A stretch of DNA of 64,000 nt from Saccostrea echinata (lineage: Eukaryota). A program made the position numbers and the translations under genes. The notes under the pieces were generated by a model. That model was not told the origin of the DNA, did no database searches, and saw only the letters and a program-made list of their open reading frames with translations. Where the stretch lies: positions 42,160,001 through 42,224,000 of the forward strand of contig NW_026889758.1 of NCBI RefSeq assembly GCF_033153115.1, written 5' to 3'. Within the stretch, counting starts at the first letter, position 1, and each line of letters starts with the position of its first letter. Below, piece after piece: positions 28,201-41,600 of the stretch.

Positions 28201-31200
28201 AAATTTGATAACTTAATTATTTTACATGAAAGTTTCAATTTTAAAGATCACATTGAAAAGTAAAAAAAAAAAAAAAATATGGGCAAAAAAGCACTAATTA
28301 AAAATATGTATATTACCTACAAACTTTTAACTTTTATTTCAGGACAAGTTGCAGCATGATATCTTGAAAATTGCACAAGATCATGTTGCACAAGCCAAAG
28401 TCATGATAGCTGAAAATGTAGGCAGGTTAGCAAGATATTTGATTTAAAAGTGCATGTTTTCACTGATTAAAGTCATATAATTCATTGCAATATGAAGCAG
28501 TTGAACACAGGCTATAGCGCAGTTGAGCCTTGTTAATCTGGATGCTAATTGTCTGGATTAATGAAGTGTCCAGATTACTGTAACATAATGTACTTAGTAT
28601 ATATAAATATACATGTATTACAACATGTTACTTGTTTTCCAACTGTTCTGTTGAAGGTGAAATGTCTGGATTATTGGCTTGCAGATTAAGGAGGTTCCCT
28701 TTTTTTTTTGGTAGTTTATATATTTGTATTTTTGGGGGGATTTATCCAGGACAAAGCCAGTATTTTTCCTCTGTTATCATTATCAGTTATTGTTTGCATG
28801 ATTACAGTTATTGTGAAGAGAGAATCAGGGCTCTGGTGCCATTGCTGTTACCAGATGAACAGTCTGATTCTGTCAAGCAAACTTCTTCAGGGATTGCCAC
28901 CCGAATGTCACAGGAGAAAGTTCACTCTTGGATCAACAGGCACATCACTGTCCGTAAGTTAACCTAGAGAAACGTAATTCATCTTCTAGTGAAGTTATAA
29001 ATTCTGATGAGGTAAACATTATACGGTATGAAAATGAGTTGTCTGGAACTTCTGAAGTATCAATTCTAGTTCAAAAATTAAACTTTTTCCTGTCATTTTC
29101 AGAAATGTTTCAGTCAGAATTGACATTAGAGTTGGACAGAATACTGAAATCACAGCTCCTTAATCAGACTCGGGCCACCACGACTGGTTCAGAAATGTTG
29201 ATCCCCACAAATGTTGAGTCAAGCTTCGAGGTCAATGCCAAGGAACATGATGACAATACGAGACTCCCATCGGAAGTTCTCATTGACATCAAAGATATGG
29301 TGAAGCTGATTATTCTGAAAAATGTTAATCCTGGTAGGAAAGCTGTGAAGGATCTTCTCATGGAGACTAAGGTCATCCTGGAAAGAAGACAGGTATAAAA
29401 ACTTCTGAAATAATAAATTACCGTGTTTTATCTTTTAGAAAGAGAGTCATAGAAAATCTGTATCTCAAACATCCATGTTGAATAACAGAAAAATGTCAGT
29501 GTTGATGGTCCCAACTGCAATCTTTCATGCACTTGTATTTTATTCTTCCAAAATTATCGATAGGAAAATCTTCCAAATGTTTACCTAATTTGACCATGCA
29601 ACTATAGACTGTAGGAGATGAAAATTGACATGTTTCACTTGGGATTATATGGTCAAATTGAAGATTTAAGGTTTCGCACCAAGTCAGGGTTGTACTTAAC
29701 CATCAAAATTTAATCATGAATTTGTAAAAAATCAAAAACAATTATTTTACCTTTGTCAATGAAATTCAAACTATCTTTTTATCTATGTTTGTCTGTCATT
29801 TTTCTTGGAAAACTTCATCAAAACTCAGGATAAATAGTACTTTTTGTCAAGAAAGGAAAAATTTATACTGTTTAAGCAGATTTTTATTAAAAGTTGGATG
29901 TAGATTTTTTTACTATTATTATTTCACTACCTCTGCCAACTTTTGTCAAGATTTCTGTAAAAATAAATGAATTGTTTGAAAATGATGTGCCTGGCTTGAG
30001 GAAATAACACAAAAATTGAAGTGTATCTGGTGAATTATATGGTTACTTAATTTTCATTTTGTTTGCATTAAAATCAAACCAAGGAATGTTTTCTTAACTT
30101 TGTTTGACTTTTACAGGACTGGCTTCCTGGAATATTTAGATCCTATGGTCAGCTGGTAAAAGATCTCTGTCTTTCATTATGTAAGATTTTTTTTTTTCTG
30201 TCACCATGTTGAAGTTTTTTTAATAATTTTTTTATCTTTCATTTTATTTAAGTTATACATGTATGTGTATGTACATGTAATAGCTTTGTCATTTCATTTA
30301 TGTGTTTAATTTCACAACATTTAATTTATAAAAAGTTTAAGACTTACATGGTATATTTAACTTTGTAGTTTCTTAGAATTTGACCTCAGTATTCGGGACA
30401 CATTATGAAGTAGATTTAGGTTTTAAAAGCTGCACAATTAACAAATGACATCTTGTTTACAATCCAGTTTGTCATTTTCCTGAGGAGTGGAATATTGAGG
30501 ACATCGAGGATTTTGAGGAGCTGTGGATTGGTCCTTTGAAGTCTGCCATCCCTCTCTCTACAGTTGTGTGTAGCTACTCCCTGAGAATGGTAGAAGAATC
30601 TCCAAATCCAAAGGTCTGTCACCCATATGAACTGTAGCTTGCTTATGTTTGAGTAACTAATGACTTGCATAGCAAGCCAGATCATTAAATTAACTGCAAT
30701 CCATCAATGTAGTGCAGAGCAACCTATCAATGCAGATTTCTTAATCTGATCCATTTTCAACATGTATGCATGCAGTGAATATTTTTTTTTTTTCAGTTGG
30801 CCTGGACCAACTTTGAGAACTTGCTCCTGCTGTTGATTCAGCAAACATTACTGACAACTAGTGAACTACAACAGAGCTGCTTAAACATTCTGGCAGAAAC
30901 TCAGGTAGTTGAATTGCACCATATTTATTATGACATAAGAAAGTAGTGTTTGCATGTATTAAATGGGAAAGGAAATGTTTAATGCAATGTTTGATAATGT
31001 ATTTTTTTTAAATTTGTTTATTTTGCAATTTGTAATGCAAGTTTTGAGAAAAATGGAGGCAGCTATGCACCTGTAGTTTACTTTTTGGGAGCCTGGCAAT
31101 TGAAAATACACAAATATTTGATAATTGAAATAAACAGATACATGCAAATGATATGAAGACTGACTCTTCAGGCTTGGCTTTAAAGTAAGTATGTAAATTG

Positions 31201-32046
31201 CTCCTCCAGCTCACTTTCAATTGCAGATATTATCTAAAGCCAGGAAAGACTGGTACAGTTACATCGTTACTGTTAGCTTTCAAATTACCTGAAGATTATG
31301 AATTACCTGTTACAACTTCATAAGCTCTGCTCACAAACAAAATTCTGAGTCCTAGTATAACATAAGAATCAATTTTCTGATGTCTGAATAGTTTTTTCTT
31401 AAAATTATCTCAAGTAAATAATAATAGTCTTTCATAGCTATCATTTTCTATGAGAGGGACTGTCGTCAACAATCTGACCTTTGTACATGGAAAGATCTTG
31501 TCAAAGAATTTTCATCTTATGTTTTGTTCTTTGAGCATTATTGGAGGGAAATTTTCCTCTTTGCATGGGAACTTATCTCATTCATGTGTTTACCATGTAC
31601 TTTTCTAGGACAGCATTGAAAACCTGGCAGTGTGTTTGTGCCACATAATGGAAAAACTTGACCTTGATCCAGAGTTTACAGAGGAATGTGAATTAGGCGA
31701 TATTCTGGAGTGGATCTACCAGATTTGTGGGGCGGAGGCTCCAGTGTCAAAGTATATATTGCAGACTCTGAAATTGGATATACCACCAGGACAAGTGATA
31801 GTTGAGCCATCTTCTGAGCAAGTTCAAACATTTTCTACTGTACAATGTAATCAGTGTCAAAAGGATAAAGATAGTGAGTCTGAATCCAAGACTGTGCACT
31901 CTGTTCAACAAAACAAAGGTGTACTTGATGGTGATTCAATAAACAAGTGTTCACAGAATCATTTTGAACAGATGGACAGAGTTCATGTGAATTTAGAAAG
32001 CATGGCTATATCTGTTAAGGATCATAAAATATCAGTTCATGATTAA
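13223..32046 (+). CDS. CDAN1: Codanin-1 (ASF1-binding protein), 26 coding exons
   Basis: Exons 13223-13324, 13576-14354, 15352-15669, 15843-16042, 16341-16439, 16645-16723, 17110-17230, 17645-17757, 18455-18620, 19106-19203, 21562-21721, 21945-22001, 22340-22483, 23000-23166, 23408-23483, 23628-23723, 23951-24005, 24135-24262, 24502-24702, 28343-28425, 28808-28953, 29103-29392, 30117-30180, 30468-30613, 30797-30904, 31609-32046. Diagnostic peptides: [117 protein letters not shown]. Confidence 0.95.
14503..15228. mobile_element. hAT-like MITE (TAGGGATG termini) in CDAN1 intron 2
   Basis: Termini TAGGGATGTCAAT ... ATTGAAATCCCTA; flanks CTTTTTCA / CTTTTTAA (8-bp target-site duplication, one mismatch). 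Confidence 0.75.
17300..17500. repeat. 22-26-bp minisatellite (TGTATTACATGTRTAGCACC[TGTA])n in a CDAN1 intron
   Basis: About 8 tandem units visible; explains the MYYMYST-type ORF at 17289. Confidence 0.9.
19347..20492. mobile_element. Non-autonomous DNA transposon with CAGGG termini and 5-bp TSD
   Basis: CAGGGTTTTTTTTAGG ... CCTAAAAAAAACCCTG flanked by TTCAA on both sides; CpG-rich interior with a perfect 30-bp tandem duplication at 19870-19929. Confidence 0.75.
27151..27824 (-). CDS. Candidate nested antisense gene in CDAN1 intron 19, ~132-aa helical protein of unknown function
   Basis: Exon 27824-27734 ([30 protein letters not shown], donor CAG/GTTATC) joins in phase 1 to exon 27458-27151 (acceptor [22 protein letters not shown]...CVFSRNS stop). 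Minus-strand AATAAA at 27102-27097; a further acceptor (TTTTTTCTTCACAG) at 27844. Confidence 0.6.
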
Positions 32047-32389
32047 GTGAACTATATAAGAATTGATTCCTGTTTAATGTCTTTCAATACAAGTGGAAAA
32101 ACTAGTCCATTTCACAGTGGAAAAAAAGTGAGATACATGTATATGTACTTCTCTATGAAATTTCCATTTACAAGCTAAAAGTTGACATATTTAAGTGACA
32201 AGATTATTAATGAACTAGTGAATTTTCATTATTTTTCCATATCCATATGTGTTTGATAAAAGTTTAATAAAAAGAATAATTATGAAAATAAAAGTACATG
32301 TACTCTATTATTTTGGAGTTTGTGTTGTATGTAGTATAGGCATGCAAGATTTGGTTAAGGCTATACACATTAAAATGGAAAAGTGCGAT

Positions 32390-33171
32390 GAGAGTGTGTG
32401 ATCCAGGTGGTCACGTGACATGCTCCGTAATATTCTGTTCACAGAAGTTTTCTCAAAGTCATATTTCTTCCCATGCAAGTTATTTTTTATAACAAGAACA
32501 GTCCATTTGTCCCAAATGGCCAAATCTCGGCAATAGGATGAGTGGACAATGGTATCTTTTCCCAGAATGAGCATGGTCACCATCACAACCCTACTCCTTT
32601 GTCTTGGGTGCATCATTTATCCATTGTGGATAAAGTATGGGTGCCTTCTTATTTTTATCATATCTGATATGTTTAAAGTCTTAAGTTAACTATATTTTAG
32701 GGGTTTAATAACTTTATTATTGTTAAGATTCTGTCTGTAGCAATCTTTCATAAGAAATTGCTCAACAGTACACAGCTCTTCCCCAGCTTACTTTCACTGG
32801 GCACCAGAACAAACATCATTTTTAACGATCTCCCTTCATTCACTAAATCAATCAATCCAATTAATGACTGAACTTCTGGCAAGTCTTTTGTCTTCATAAA
32901 CCTTATACAAATTATTATGCTACTGCAAAGGAATTTCCAAGATATACGTTCAACTTTAAAGCCATTTGTTGCTCGAGTACAACTGAGTCAACCATTTTTT
33001 GTCACAAGTCATCTACATACTGAGGTCATTTTCACATTGTGACATCACAAATGCATTATGTAATTCTATTTATAGAACATTTATTACTATGTGTGGCAAA
33101 TTTCATTTTGATCTGAATTTTGGTTTTGTAAATAAAAATAGAGACGGTGGACTTCTTGATCACCCCTTGTA
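32390..33171 (-). mobile_element. Decayed, internally deleted mariner-type transposon
   Basis: End TACAAGGGGTGATCAAGAAGT at 33171. From ATG 32995: EQQMALKLNVYLG, then frameshifted VYEDKRLARSSVINWID*FSE*REIVKNDVCSG (mariner HTH region). ORF 32308-32616 carries IVHSSYCRDLAIWDKW..IKNNLHGKKYD, a degenerate HPPYSPDLAP(C/S)D motif. Confidence 0.75.
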
Positions 33172-35650
33172 CATGATTATATAAAGTAGAACATTTGCAC
33201 AAAAGCAATGTCTTGGTGCCATGAATCAAAACTTAAGCAACAATACATTACTGTCGTCATGAATTTGACTTGTATTTTCCAGTATTCTGTTTAAATAACT
33301 TGATTTTTAAAGATGCTTTGTTTAGTCAATCCACGTTTTTCTTCTTTGATAATAATTGTTGACTTCATATTTTGAAACAAAATTAATTATGAATGTTTAT
33401 TATATACACTGTCGACCAGATGACAGGTGTACATATGTATTATCAAACTGTTGGTGGTACTCTTTTTTGTTCAAATATATAACCCATTTTTTTTTTTTTT
33501 TGGAAGTTCTGTAAGAACAGCTCTAGTTTAAAAATCTTGATGAATCTAATGGAGAAACATAGTCCTATATATAAAAAAACATTTTATTAGAACAGATTAC
33601 AATTAAAAAAAAAATAAGTCATTATTCTGATACATGTGTAAATGACTTCAGGTGTAAATAAAGGTCTTGAAAACAGAAGAAACAGTACAAAATGTTAAAC
33701 CATATCTATGGTATACAAAAGCATGAAACATTGGTGATTAGAACTGGACAGGTTTAAAATTGAATGCAAAGAGGCAGTAACATGAATCATAACATTATGT
33801 AAAACAACAGATATAAAAATAAATAAATCACTTAAAAAAATACTTGCAAGGTATACACATCAAGGGCATATATCTCTACTTCCTCAATATAAAAACATAA
33901 AAAGGGAGGGCATTTAGTGTATATACCATACAACATTATGCACACACACACAAATAAACTATGAGGCAAAGTTTAAGTTTTGCTGAGGTATATTTTGGTA
34001 TCACAAAATGATTTGGGCCATTCCAAGTTTTTCCTCTGTTTAGCATCCACCCATCTATCAAAAACCTTCCTTATACCTATTTGCAAAAAACACACAAACC
34101 AAAAAAAAAAAAAAAAATAAAACACAGACTTTATAGTGAAAAAAATTACTTCATTAAAGGATTTAACTTCATTCATTTATTTTTCTTGTAGAAAGATCTT
34201 ATGGCTATTCTTTCCCCAAATCAAGGTACTAAATGCTTAAAATATCCTTTATATGACAAATTATAGACAGATGTTTAGAGAAATTGACAGAATTAAAAAA
34301 ATTTGACCAGAATAATCAACTTCAGGACTCCTGATTTTGTTTGTTTTTCATGATATTGGGTGTCGGAAACCAAGGCGCACACAGACACTTAATATAGGAA
34401 AAACTTGGAATGGCCTTGTCTGATATAAAAAATTTCATATTCTGATGTCAGAAAATCATTTTTGATTTCAATTTCTGATATCAAAAAATATATCGAAAAT
34501 TTATTTGATTTTTTTTTTAAATTCAATATTAGAAACACAATAAACATATTTGCTCAGGTTCATCAAAATAACGAGACTCGATCCCCTTAACTAATCCACA
34601 GTTTTCAGGTTTTCATCGTTCAGTATTTATAATGAACGATGTTAACATTCTCATAATTTATTTTCAAATTTATACAAGAAATTAAAGTAGGTATTCAAAA
34701 GGGGTCCATACTGCATGCAATAAAGTATGAATTTTACTTTAAGTATTTGAAGGAAATTGTGAATTTCCTCACAGGGCTAAAATTTCTTCCCAGAGTCTGA
34801 GGATTATTCTTGACTTACTACATGGAATCACTCCATACAGTATTTGTCTATTTTGAATGTGGATGTTTTATTTACTTCTATGCTTTTCACAAAGTTTAAA
34901 CACAAGAGTTTTAGGCTTTTTATACAACCAAATAATCAAATACTGAATTGAATATATGAGAGGGAACATCCCAGGAAGCATTAATTAAAGTTATCCTATT
35001 TATGTTACCAACATTTTCTGATTTCAAAATAATAAAATCTTATGATATCAAAGATTTTCAAGCTTTTATTCTATATTAAAAAAAAATCATTTTCTGTTAT
35101 CAGAAAATGATTTTTTGATTTCGAAAACTTAGATTATAATTTCTTATTTCAAAAATGTTATTTTTGTTGATACAATTTCCTATTATCAAAATTGAAATTC
35201 TTGATGTCAAATATTTTTTTATTTATATTACAGCATATTTTGATAGACTTTTTGGGGGGGGGGGGGGGGGGTTTGCATACCTCAAAAATACTAAAACAGT
35301 GCTTAATGAAAACCATGGATTTCTCATAAACATTTACTTAATGAAACAATAATGTAAGGTGCTTATATATATCACAGAATTAAGAGTACATGTACAATGT
35401 ATACTAATTTTGTTTCAATTTTTTTACCATTGTATAAGTAGAAAAACTACCAGTGAAAAAACTTTTTTCAGGATTTAAGTTTAAAATAATTGGATTTATA
35501 CAAAATTAAAGTCATACAATGGGAGTCCAAGATCATTGTAAGCAGCAGCAAACAATTCAAGTGAATTCAACATTAATTTTATCAAGCCAACAATTTAAAG
35601 AGGAAAAAAACCTAGCTGTTAAATTTCACCAAAAAATTTAATGAAATGGT

Positions 35651-38600
35651 TCATGTTTGTTGATATCCATAGTATGCTTCTGAGAGTGCCTTATTTTTCT
35701 CCACACGTCTCTTGACGTGCTGCATTTTATTGGATGCCCCAGATAATTTGCAGGCAGACTTCATGACATTGGTCTGCAGAACAGCTGTGTCCAGGTCTGA
35801 GAAACCACAAGCTGACAAAGAACTTGCCTGTGAAAGAACAAAGAATGCTAAATACAAGCAATATGCATACAAAATTTCTATTAAAAGCAATATTCATTAA
35901 AATCAATGACATGATACAAGTTTAAAATACAGCTTTTATATGTCAACACTCAAATAAATGTTTTTTTAATTACATGTGTATCTGTGTCAACATTCAAATA
36001 AATGTTTTTTAATTACATGTGTATCTGTATTTCATCATTAAATATAATTTAAGGTATCTGTCTTCATTCAACCATGCAAATTGTTAGCAGAATGTATTAG
36101 CCATTTTTAGTTTGTTTTATTAGGTTTTATTCTGTTTTGAGCCAGTTTTCCACCTTACCTGTCTTTCCTTATGAAGCTTATTAACTACTTGTGATAACGA
36201 TCTGCTCTCCTCAATAAATGCTACTTTGTCTTCCCGCTGTTGTAAATTTTTGGATCCTTTGGAAATCATGCTTCTTGAAGACAATCTATCAATATGAATT
36301 AAAGGGACGACTTCAGAAAAACTTTGAAAAAAAACTAGAGATGTGTTTTGTTATTTAACTAAAACATACATTACACCTTTATTGTAAATCAAAGATCAAG
36401 GTCATGCAAGAACATCATGATAGCATACATAAAGCATCCTTATATGATGACTAGACGTCTAGATTAAATTTAAAGACAAACAAGCAAATTCAGCGAAGTG
36501 TAATCCTAGGCTTTCGGTGTCTTAGTGGTTGGGATGCAATTGTTTATGGCATATTGTAACTGTCTTGTTTGTGTGTCCTGTCTTGTCTGTCCCTCATACA
36601 AAGAAGATATAAATTTTTGAACGAATAAAAGATTAAAGCTTCTCAAAACTGTATCAATCATCAAGGTCAAAAATAATAATACAATCTGAAAGATCTTCTC
36701 ACAAGTAATGCACATGTGAACAAATATGAAAGCCTCATCTCTTCTGGAGCAAAAATTATGGCCAAAGTTAAATTTTTTGATAAGAAGGTCAAGCTTCTAG
36801 GTCAAGGTCATAAAGTCAAAAATGATAATTCTTTCTGTGAAGTGTTGTCATAGGTAATGTACAGGTAATATATGAAAGCCCTATCTTTTCTCACTCAAAA
36901 AAAAAAGGACTGTAGGTTAAACTTTAAGGTCAAGGTCAAGAGGTCAAAAGCCAAAGTTCATTTGGAAAGGTCTTGAAATAGGTAATGCACATGTCAAATA
37001 TAAAAGACCTTCACTCATTCAAAAGTTATCAACATTGTTCAATTTTTTGAAAATTAGGTCAAACTTCAAGATCAAAGTCTCAGGGAAAAAAATCATAGTA
37101 CATGTATGTACATTTAGAAAGGTTTTGTCAAAGGTAATGCACATGTGGCACCCTATCTTCTCTAATTCAAAACTTATCATTAATGTTATAATTTTTGAAA
37201 ATTATGTTAAAGTTCAAGGATATGAGGTTAAAAATAATAGTACATTTTTCTTGTCACAGGTAATGCAGTTGTAAAACTGTGGATGCCTTATCTTTTTCTC
37301 CTTCAACAGTAAGCAGCAATATAATTAATGATACATATTTTTTAAATTAGGTCAAATTTCAAGGTCCTAAGGTCAAAAATCATAGCATGTTCAGAAACAT
37401 CTTATCACAGGTAATGCACATGTTAAATATGAATGCCCCGTCTTCTCTCATATAAATGTTATAAGCAATCCTATTCTATTCTTGACAAAGAATTCCATAC
37501 AAAGTCCCTGAGAAGGATCCTAAGAATATCTTGGCCCAATACCATCTCAAATAGGACCTTCTCAACAGGTGTCAGCAAGAGGATATGGCCACAATCATCA
37601 TCAGAAGACGTTGGAATTGGCTTGGCCATGTACTTAGAAGGGACTCAGACAGCATTATAAAGACAGCTCTCTTCTGGACACCAAAGGGAAAACGGAAGAG
37701 AGGAAGGCCCAAAGTCACTTTGCGGCGGACAGTGGAAGCCAGAATAAAAGAACAAAAGAGAAGTTGGGGCACACTCCAAAAGCTAGCCAGTGACAGACAT
37801 GGATGGAGAAACCTTGTTACTGCCCTATACACCAAAGACATCACGAGCAGCAAGAAAGTAACTGTAAAAGAGATGTTAACTTGAAATTCAAAGAATTGTT
37901 GTCCCCTGCTTGTAAGGTCTGATTGCTTGAGGTGCAATGAGGTCTGATTGGTTGAGGTGTAATGATCAATCTATGGCATATTGTAACTGTTCTTGTCTGT
38001 CTTGAGGTCATAGTACATTGAGAGGTCTTTTCACAGGTAATGCATATGTGGAAAAAATATGAAAGCCCTATCTTTTCTTATTCATAAATTATGACCAAGT
38101 TCAAAGTGTTTTGTGGGACAAGTTTGCTCAGATAATCTTTCTTGTCGAAGAAAACAAGTTACTTGATTCTGAGTGAAACATCAAGATTATGCAGGTCATG
38201 ATAGATGTATAGTACCACATGACACAACTTATAAAAAGAAATAAAGGAACACAAATGATTATGAAAGAGAACCAGAGGTTTCTGACAAGACTGCAGCTCT
38301 ACTGGTGTGTACCTATACTAAAGAAAGATGTATCTTAGTATAGTCTTCTTATATGTCAAGTCTAAATGAAATCCAACCAAAACTGTAGCAAGAGTAATGT
38401 TTTGAAAGAATTTCACAGACATTTCTATACACAGTAAAACATGGCAACTTCCACTGTTGAAATCAAAAACTGATATATTGAATTATTAATATTGTCTACT
38501 TGTGTACTAAGCTCAATTCAAACTTGGATCTATTTTTAGTAACCATGGCACCACCATTTGTTGAAATCAAAAATATCGACTGATGCATCTTTGCATAGTC

Positions 38601-41600
38601 TACTTGTGTACCAAGTCTGATTGAAGTTTGACCAAAACTGTAGGAGGAGAATTTCAAAGAAATTTCTATTTTTAGTATTCATGGCAAAATCCTTTGTTGA
38701 AATCAAAACCTTACATAGAATTATGTATCTTAGTATAGTTTACTTGTATACCAATTCTTATTGAAATTGGGCCAGAACTGTAGTAGGAGTAGAGTTTTGT
38801 TTTCGAAAATTTGTTTACAGACAGATGGATAGAAGACAGACCAACAGGTGGACAATGGACACCTAATTAAATGCATAAATTCTTCTGGTCTCTGACCAGT
38901 AGAGCTATAAAATGAAAAGTGAATGGAAATCACCACCACCACCTGAATAAGGTGTAATAAAAAAATCAAATTAAAACATTAATTTTTTTTAACTTACAAT
39001 TTTGAGCGAGCATCTTCAATATCTCCTTTACTGGCCAAGTAAGCAGTCTTCTGGACTACAGCAGTGCCAACCACATTTACATTCATTGCCTATAAAATTT
39101 AGTAGTGGATATCTGTTAATTTTATATATATATGAGACTGATATAAAATATTTTTTTAAAAACTGATTTAATTTAAATTATACTTTTAATATCAGTTATT
39201 ATGATGAAACAAACTATTGGCAAGATAACTCCAAAATCTCTCTGATTTTAAGAGGAAATTAAACATTTCTGTTCAAATGTGATTACTGATAAATGTAAAT
39301 AATGGAAAGTGTTTGTTCTTGGCTTTATAACAGTTTAAAGTTGTTGTTTAGTTTGATGATTTCAAAAATATTAAGGTCTTCATTGGTGAGATAATAGCTC
39401 CTGTCACTTACTTTTCATGTGAAGGCTAATTTTTTAAAGATATTTTTTTATTTATGCCAGATCTAAAAAAAAATTTCAAAACTATGAGTTTACATACTTC
39501 CTCCATGGTCTGTCTGTTGTCTGTGGTAGATAGTGCTTTACTAATGGTTCTCAACATGTTTCTGCCATCCTTTAGTGTGTAAGAAATCTGTACCTATAGA
39601 AGACAAAAAGAATAAAATGTGCTGTAATTTGTAAATTACTAGATCAAACTTAACAAAGAGTGAATGTAATGAATCTAATACAATGTACAAAGTAAAATTA
39701 CAACAAAAAACAAAACAAAACCAAATAAAAAAACCCAAAAGCCTGCAAACTTTGTCAAATTAACACCTGTATCAATAACTAGATTACTGTGAGCAAGCTC
39801 ACAAAATTATACCCCTCACTGCAATTAAAAAATGCCTATATACAATTTTCTAAATGTGACTTTGAACTTGCCAAGATGCCTTGGTTTAAAAAGAGACACC
39901 CTCTTGTCAAAAGCAATCGTTGTGTGAAATATGGACATCCAATCTTTTTCATTTGAATTTTACATTTTTATTCTACCAGTGACCTTGAACTTGCCAGAAT
40001 GATCCTTGATCAAGGTTACAACATACCCTCAACTCCATATAATCTTTTTGGAGTATCAATGAGAGAGTTATGAACTGGGCACATTTTATATGTTTCTGCC
40101 AGTAACCTTGAATTTCCCAGAATGACCTTGGGAAGGTCATGTCACACCCTCGGGTCATAAGCAATCTTTGATAAGTATGAACTTCTAATGTTCTGCATTA
40201 CAAGATATGGTCAGTACATGAATTGAACATTTTGTAAAGGTGACCTTGAACTTGATAAATTGACCCTGGGTCACTCAGGATCATGACATACCTTCAGGTC
40301 ATAAACAATCTTTGTATGAGGTATTAACTTCCAATGTTTTTCTATGAGGAAGTTGAATCTTAAACTTTTCTGCCAGTGACCTTGAACTTGCCATAATGAC
40401 CTTGAGTCAAGGTCAAGACACACCTTCAGGTCATGAAGAATCTTTGTATTACAAGTATGAGCTTCCAATTCTTCTCCATTACAAAGTTATGGCCCAGACA
40501 TGATTGCACAGACAAACAGACAGACAAGGTGATTCCTATCCATCCCCCAAACTAATTTGCGGGGTCATAAATATTGGCTTCAACAATAAGTAGGGATTTA
40601 TATACTATATTAAGTGGGCATAGAAACATATCCATTGGATACATTCCCAAATGGTATTTGTACTCCAACATTAAAGGAATAATTAAATGTACTTGAATTA
40701 TTAACTGACCTAGAAATTTTGAAAAATGAAGTTCAAGATCATAAAAAAGGTCAAGGTCAGAACTCTGTTGTGTAGCATTCACAAATATATACCTTAGTAT
40801 GAAATTTGACTAAAATATCTTGAAAAATACAGTTAAAGGTCGTAGGAAAAGTCAAGGTCAGAAAATTACACATACAGTATGACACAGTTGAATAGCTTTC
40901 CTAAATTTGTATTATCAAGGTATGAAGTTTGATGAAAATAACCTGGAACAGTTTCTTTGAAACTAAGGTAATTGCAAAATAAGGAATAATGACATCAAGG
41001 TCGAAGGAAAAGTCAATGTTAGAACATTATGACAGTTGAATAGCTTTCACCAGAATGTATCAGTGTACGAATTATGATAAAAATATTTTGACCAGATTCT
41101 TTTAACCTGAGCAAAACACAAAGTGTGATGGATGCACAGAGAAATGGAAGGACAGAAGACAGACATGACAAACACAATATGTCCATGCCATAGTCATGGT
41201 GGGTGGGCATAAAAATGTTCACAGTAAACATGCTTATAACAAAGTACCAGGACAGAAGATTTTGCTTCCTTATATGCATAATTCATTATATTGGTTAACA
41301 GGTTAAGTTTACAATATTTTTTTTAAGTCATGGGGAATGAAAATTACTTCACCATAAGTATCAATTCATTACAAGTGTGTTTGCTATAAGCATGTTTTAT
41401 TGTATCTAGCTATGGGGCTCATATAAAAATTTTCTTTGTTGCCTTTGGTGAAATGCAACCATTTTCTCCTATATGTTTGTAGATAAGGATGCAAATGGTA
41501 AACACAAAATATTTTCATTTTAGCCAGATTTTGAATTCACTTAGACACTAAAAAACAGGTTTCTGATTTCCTTACTTGGAATGGTATTTTTTCAATGTCC

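Noticed and set aside
32308-32616. 102-aa ORF as a host gene
   Set aside because: It is a remnant of the mariner transposase C-terminus; neighbouring parts have stops and frameshifts.
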